DNA from: Alphaproteobacteria bacterium
Lineage (GTDB): Bacteria; Pseudomonadota; Alphaproteobacteria; GCA-2731375
Direction of reading: 5' to 3'
Length of the DNA: 64,000 bases
Assembly (NCBI GenBank): GCA_965232515.1
Contig: CBDDPY010000002.1
Location: 2,400,001 to 2,464,000 of the forward strand
Below the pieces are notes generated by a model. The model ran no database searches. It saw only the letters and a list, made by a program, of their open reading frames with translations, and was not told where the DNA came from. Position numbers and translations under genes: made by a program. Shown in pieces: positions 61,401 to 64,000 of this stretch (position 1 is the first letter of the stretch; each line of letters begins with the position of its first letter).

Positions 61401-61661
61401 GCCACCCGCAACCGGATCCGGCCGATCTTCATGTCGACGCTGACCAGCGTCGTCGGCATGATGCCGTTGGTGGTGTTCCCCGGCGCCGGCTCCGAGCTCT
61501 ATCGCGGCCTCGGCTCGGTGGTCGTCGGCGGCCTGGCGCTGTCGGCGGTGCTGACCCTGCTGATCATTCCGCCGCTCTTGAGCCTGGTCACCAGCCTCGG
61601 CGGCCGGCAATTGGCCGCGAAGCCGGCCCAGCCCGAGCCGACGCCGAGCCCGGCGGAGTAG
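58470..61661 (+). CDS. RND efflux permease (AcrB/AcrD/AcrF family)
   Basis: AIERP, WPGAAPAEVE, GMVVDAAIVVLENI, GIVVNNAILL, RIRPIFMST. Confidence 0.95.
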   Translation: MDLIRLAIERPTAVLAAVFMVLMFGLLALKTIPIQLTPDIDRPVLQVTTTWPGAAPAEVERELTNRQEEVLKGLEGVVEMTSNSEDGRARITLEFGVSTNMDRALLLLANRLDRVDGYPDEVDEPRISTQGSEDNPIAWFIIKRVEGNERPIHTYRDFVEDVVADRLERVPGVSGTNFYGGGEREMRIIVDPTKMARYGLTVSRVVDVLRAANWSITGGDVEEGKRRYVVRTENEFTTPEQVAAVVLRSESDDDSGRVGRVTVGDIARVEFGYKDPVATIRNLGDSSLAVNATRETGANVIEVMEGIRAAIAELEAGALPAEGLRIKQVYDETVYIDSAIDLVQTNIFVGGVLAAIVLMLFLRSGRATLVVSLAIPVSVVGSFVAMAALGRSLNVISLAGIAFAVGMVVDAAIVVLENIYRHRQEGKPPKEAAYLGARQVWGAILVSALTTVMVFLPIMVMELEVGQLFRDIAVAISVSVMLSLIVAVTVIPALSQRLLSDKTKSLTQRLHLPLIDSFASGFVATIMRFTRAVVASRVLAIAVVAMVSGSAAIATWAFLPKLDYLPDGNRNLVFGVILPPPGYNLKTTTSIAESLESTVRPYWASETGPEAGPDEPPKMESFFFVAFRGTTFIGASAVDPTRVAEMIPVLQEPIFREPGTFGFISQRSLFGRGIGGGRTISLNVSGGDLETILGVALQAVGIVGQVLPREQGNQLRPIPGLELGAPEVRVIPDPVRLADNGVSARELGLTVDAFNDGLRVAEITVEGKRLDLTLLGPIRAVSETQGIGQLPVVTESGKILPARSLADIAITAGPTEIRHLERVRTVTLEIRPTPTMPLEAALDILNAEVIDKLTAQGLPPGVRLSLTGTADKLTQTWNHMVVDLIVAVIIVYLVMAVLFESFLFPLIIVLSVPLATAGGIGGLGLLNLYTFQALDMLTMLGFVILVGIVVNNAILLVHQTLFHVRQEGLAATDAIIEATRNRIRPIFMSTLTSVVGMMPLVVFPGAGSELYRGLGSVVVGGLALSAVLTLLIIPPLLSLVTSLGGRQLAAKPAQPEPTPSPAE

Positions 61662-61722
61662 CATCGCCGTCGGGCAGCGCTTAGAATGCCCGCCGCCACT
61701 GAGACAAACTGGAGGACCACCG

Positions 61723-62325
61723 ATGTCGGTCGCCGAGCACGACCCGTCCGTCGCCGAACGCCGCGCTGCCGCGGTCGCCGCCACCGTCGATAAGGTGCGG
61801 CGGATCGAAGCCGACATGGGCGTCAATTACGACGCGCTGGAACGGATCAAGCAGGAGCTGATCGAACTCAGCCGTCACACCGAGCTGTTCCCCGCGCAAG
61901 ACTTTCCGCTCGGGCCCGACGACAGCAACATGATCTATCGCTTGTCCGAAGACCCGGACCATCGCTTCGCCCTTTACATGTCGACCGGCAAGACCGGCAA
62001 GGAGACGCCGCCGCACGACCACACCACCTGGGCCGTGATCGTCGGCCTCAAGGGCAAGGAGCACAACCGTTTCTACGAGCGCGTCGACGATCGGTCGGTG
62101 CCGGGACGGGGCGAGGTGCGGGTCAAGGACCAGTTCACGGTCGAACTCGGCACCGGCGTCACCCTGATGCCCGAAGACATCCACAGCATTCATCTCGAGG
62201 GTGCGCCGCCGACGCTGATGTTCCACATGTACGGCCTGGCGCTCGACCACCTGCACAAGCGCGTCGCCTACGATGTCGAGGCCGGCACCTACGCGCACTT
62301 CCCGGCGAGCGACAACATCCGATGA
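61723..62325 (+). CDS. Cysteine dioxygenase-like cupin (thiol dioxygenase family)
   Basis: PPHDHTTWAV, G.E.N, EDIHSI, FHMYG; RBS GGAGG. Confidence 0.8.
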   Translation: MSVAEHDPSVAERRAAAVAATVDKVRRIEADMGVNYDALERIKQELIELSRHTELFPAQDFPLGPDDSNMIYRLSEDPDHRFALYMSTGKTGKETPPHDHTTWAVIVGLKGKEHNRFYERVDDRSVPGRGEVRVKDQFTVELGTGVTLMPEDIHSIHLEGAPPTLMFHMYGLALDHLHKRVAYDVEAGTYAHFPASDNIR

Positions 62326-63914
62326 CCAACAAAGTCTCGCCGGCCGCCGTCAAGGCCATGCTCAAGGACGGCGGCGAGCTGGCGCTGCTGGACGTGCGCG
62401 AGGAAGGCACGCATTCCGCCGCGCATCCGCTCTACGCCGCCGCCCTGCCGCTCAGCCGCCTCGAACTGCTGGCCGAAGCCATGCTGCCGCGAAAGTCGGT
62501 TCGCATCGTTCTGATCGACGACGATGACGGTTTGGCCGAGCGGGCAGCATCGAAACTCGACGGTTACGGCTACAGTGATGTTTCGATTCTCGCCGGCGGC
62601 GTGCCCGGCTGGCGGGACGCCGGCTATGTGCTGTTCAGCGGCGTGCACGTGCCCAGCAAGGCCTTCGGTGAGTATGTCGAGCATCACTACGACACGCCGC
62701 ACATCAGCGCCGACGATTTGAAGTCGCGCATGGACGCGGGCGAGAACCTGATCGTGCTCGACAGCCGTCCGCTCGACGAATACCGGGTCATGAACATCCC
62801 CACTGGCATCGACGTGCCGGGCGCCGAACTCGCCTATCGCGTCCACGACGTGACGCCGTCGGACGACGCGCTCGTGGTCGTCAACTGCGCCGGCCGAACG
62901 CGCTCGATCATCGGCGCGCAGTCGCTGATCAATGCCGGCGTGCCGAACAAGGTGGTCGCGTTGAAGGATGGCACCATGGGCTGGCATCTCGCCGGTTACA
63001 CGCTGGAGAACGGTCAGTCGCGCCTGGCGCCGGATGTATCGCCGTCCGGGCTGGCGCAAGCTCAGGCCGCCGCGGCGCGCGTGCAGGATCGCTTCGGCGT
63101 GGCGGTGATTGACCGCGAGACACTCGGGCAATGGCAGGCCGAAGCCGACAGCCGCTCGCTTTATCTGCTCGACGTCCGCACGTCGGAGGAATACGAGGCC
63201 GGCCACCTGCCGGGCGCCTACCACGCACCGGGCGGTCAGCTGGTGCAGGAGACCGAGACCTGGGTGCCGACTTTGGGCGCCCGCATCGTGCTGGTCGACG
63301 ATACCGGCGTGCGCGCGACGCTCACCGCCTCCTGGCTGGTGCAGATGGGCTGGGACGTGGCCGTGCTGGAGAACGGCCTCGACGGCGCCGATCTCGCGAC
63401 CGGCCCGCAGCCGTCGCCTGCCGCCGACATCGCCGCCGCCGCGCGGACCGAAATCACACCGGCCGACTTGAAGTCCGCGCTCGACGCCGGCACCGCCGTG
63501 GTCGTCGATCTGGCGCTCAGCCGGACCTACAAATCGGGCCACATCCCCGGCGCCTGGTTCGCCATCCGTGCCCGCCTGCCTCAGAGCCTGCCCAAGCTGC
63601 CGACAGCGGAGAAGCTGGTCTTCACCTCGCCCGATGGCGTCATCGCCCGCCTCGCCGCGCCGGAGGCCTCGGAACTCACCGACCGCGATGTCATAGTGCT
63701 GGCCGGCGGCACCGACGCCTGGGTCGCGGCCGGCCTGTCGCTCAGCGAAGGCTTCGAGAACATGGCCGACGCCCGTGACGACGTCTGGCTCAAGCCCTAC
63801 GATCACGATGGTCCGGTGGAGCAGCACATGCGCGACTACCTGACCTGGGAGGTCGACCTGATCAACGAGATCGAGCGGGACGGCGACCACCGCTTCCGCC
63901 TGTTTCCGACATGA
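62322..63914 (+). CDS. Four-domain rhodanese/sulfurtransferase
   Basis: ATGA overlap; repeated LLDVR/LDSR rhodanese units; VNCAGRTRSIIG active loop; YLTWE..L C-terminus. Confidence 0.9.
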   Translation: MTNKVSPAAVKAMLKDGGELALLDVREEGTHSAAHPLYAAALPLSRLELLAEAMLPRKSVRIVLIDDDDGLAERAASKLDGYGYSDVSILAGGVPGWRDAGYVLFSGVHVPSKAFGEYVEHHYDTPHISADDLKSRMDAGENLIVLDSRPLDEYRVMNIPTGIDVPGAELAYRVHDVTPSDDALVVVNCAGRTRSIIGAQSLINAGVPNKVVALKDGTMGWHLAGYTLENGQSRLAPDVSPSGLAQAQAAAARVQDRFGVAVIDRETLGQWQAEADSRSLYLLDVRTSEEYEAGHLPGAYHAPGGQLVQETETWVPTLGARIVLVDDTGVRATLTASWLVQMGWDVAVLENGLDGADLATGPQPSPAADIAAAARTEITPADLKSALDAGTAVVVDLALSRTYKSGHIPGAWFAIRARLPQSLPKLPTAEKLVFTSPDGVIARLAAPEASELTDRDVIVLAGGTDAWVAAGLSLSEGFENMADARDDVWLKPYDHDGPVEQHMRDYLTWEVDLINEIERDGDHRFRLFPT

Positions 63915-64000
63915 GGGTTGTGGCGCTTGCAACGGCCGTCTGGCTGCTCGCCGGCGGTGTCGCGCTGGCGCAGAACACCGAGAAGACCGGCACCGGCGGC
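63911..64000 (+). CDS. Secreted protein, 3'-truncated by window edge
   Basis: ATGA overlap; MRVVALATAVWLLAGGVALA-QNTEK signal peptide. Confidence 0.55.
   Translation, partial: MRVVALATAVWLLAGGVALAQNTEKTGTGG

Noticed and set aside
58296-61826. Very long antisense ORFs (1176 aa here; also 54780-57260, 45079-46875, 49211-51013, 62289-63932)
   Set aside because: They mirror well-supported sense genes, as expected from stop-codon scarcity on the antisense strand of high-GC coding DNA, and show no recognisable motifs

Overview
High-GC chromosomal window, most likely from an alphaproteobacterium (Rhodospirillales-like, inferred from the 17-kDa antigen, HspQ, GcrA-type domain, PleC/DivJ-type kinase and CtrA/PhaR/FixK-like motifs). 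It holds about 62 tightly packed CDSs. Core genes include pdxH, fabI, aroC, xseB-ispA-dxs-tlyA-rlmD, tsaC/sua5 and hspQ; the rest are mostly catabolic, acyl-CoA and amine/sulfur metabolism genes plus an RND pump. I found no tRNA, rRNA, CRISPR array, transposase or phage structural gene. Best leads: (1) a MarR-linked operon with a NicX-like dioxygenase, a hydrolase, a Glu-less acyl-CoA-dehydrogenase-fold enzyme and a CoA ligase, a candidate uncharacterised N-heterocycle pathway; (2) a dispersed ~85-bp perfect hairpin element in two copies with a compensatory change and G-quadruplex-forming arms, plus two other palindrome families; (3) a candidate three-hairpin sRNA/leader and a stand-alone mini-GcrA gene that share an identical PhaR-like 12-mer; (4) a FecR-domain protein fused to a TbpB-like barrel; (5) non-canonical tandem hot-dog proteins and a non-canonical thiol dioxygenase. 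All calls come from reading motifs by eye; no database searches were run.
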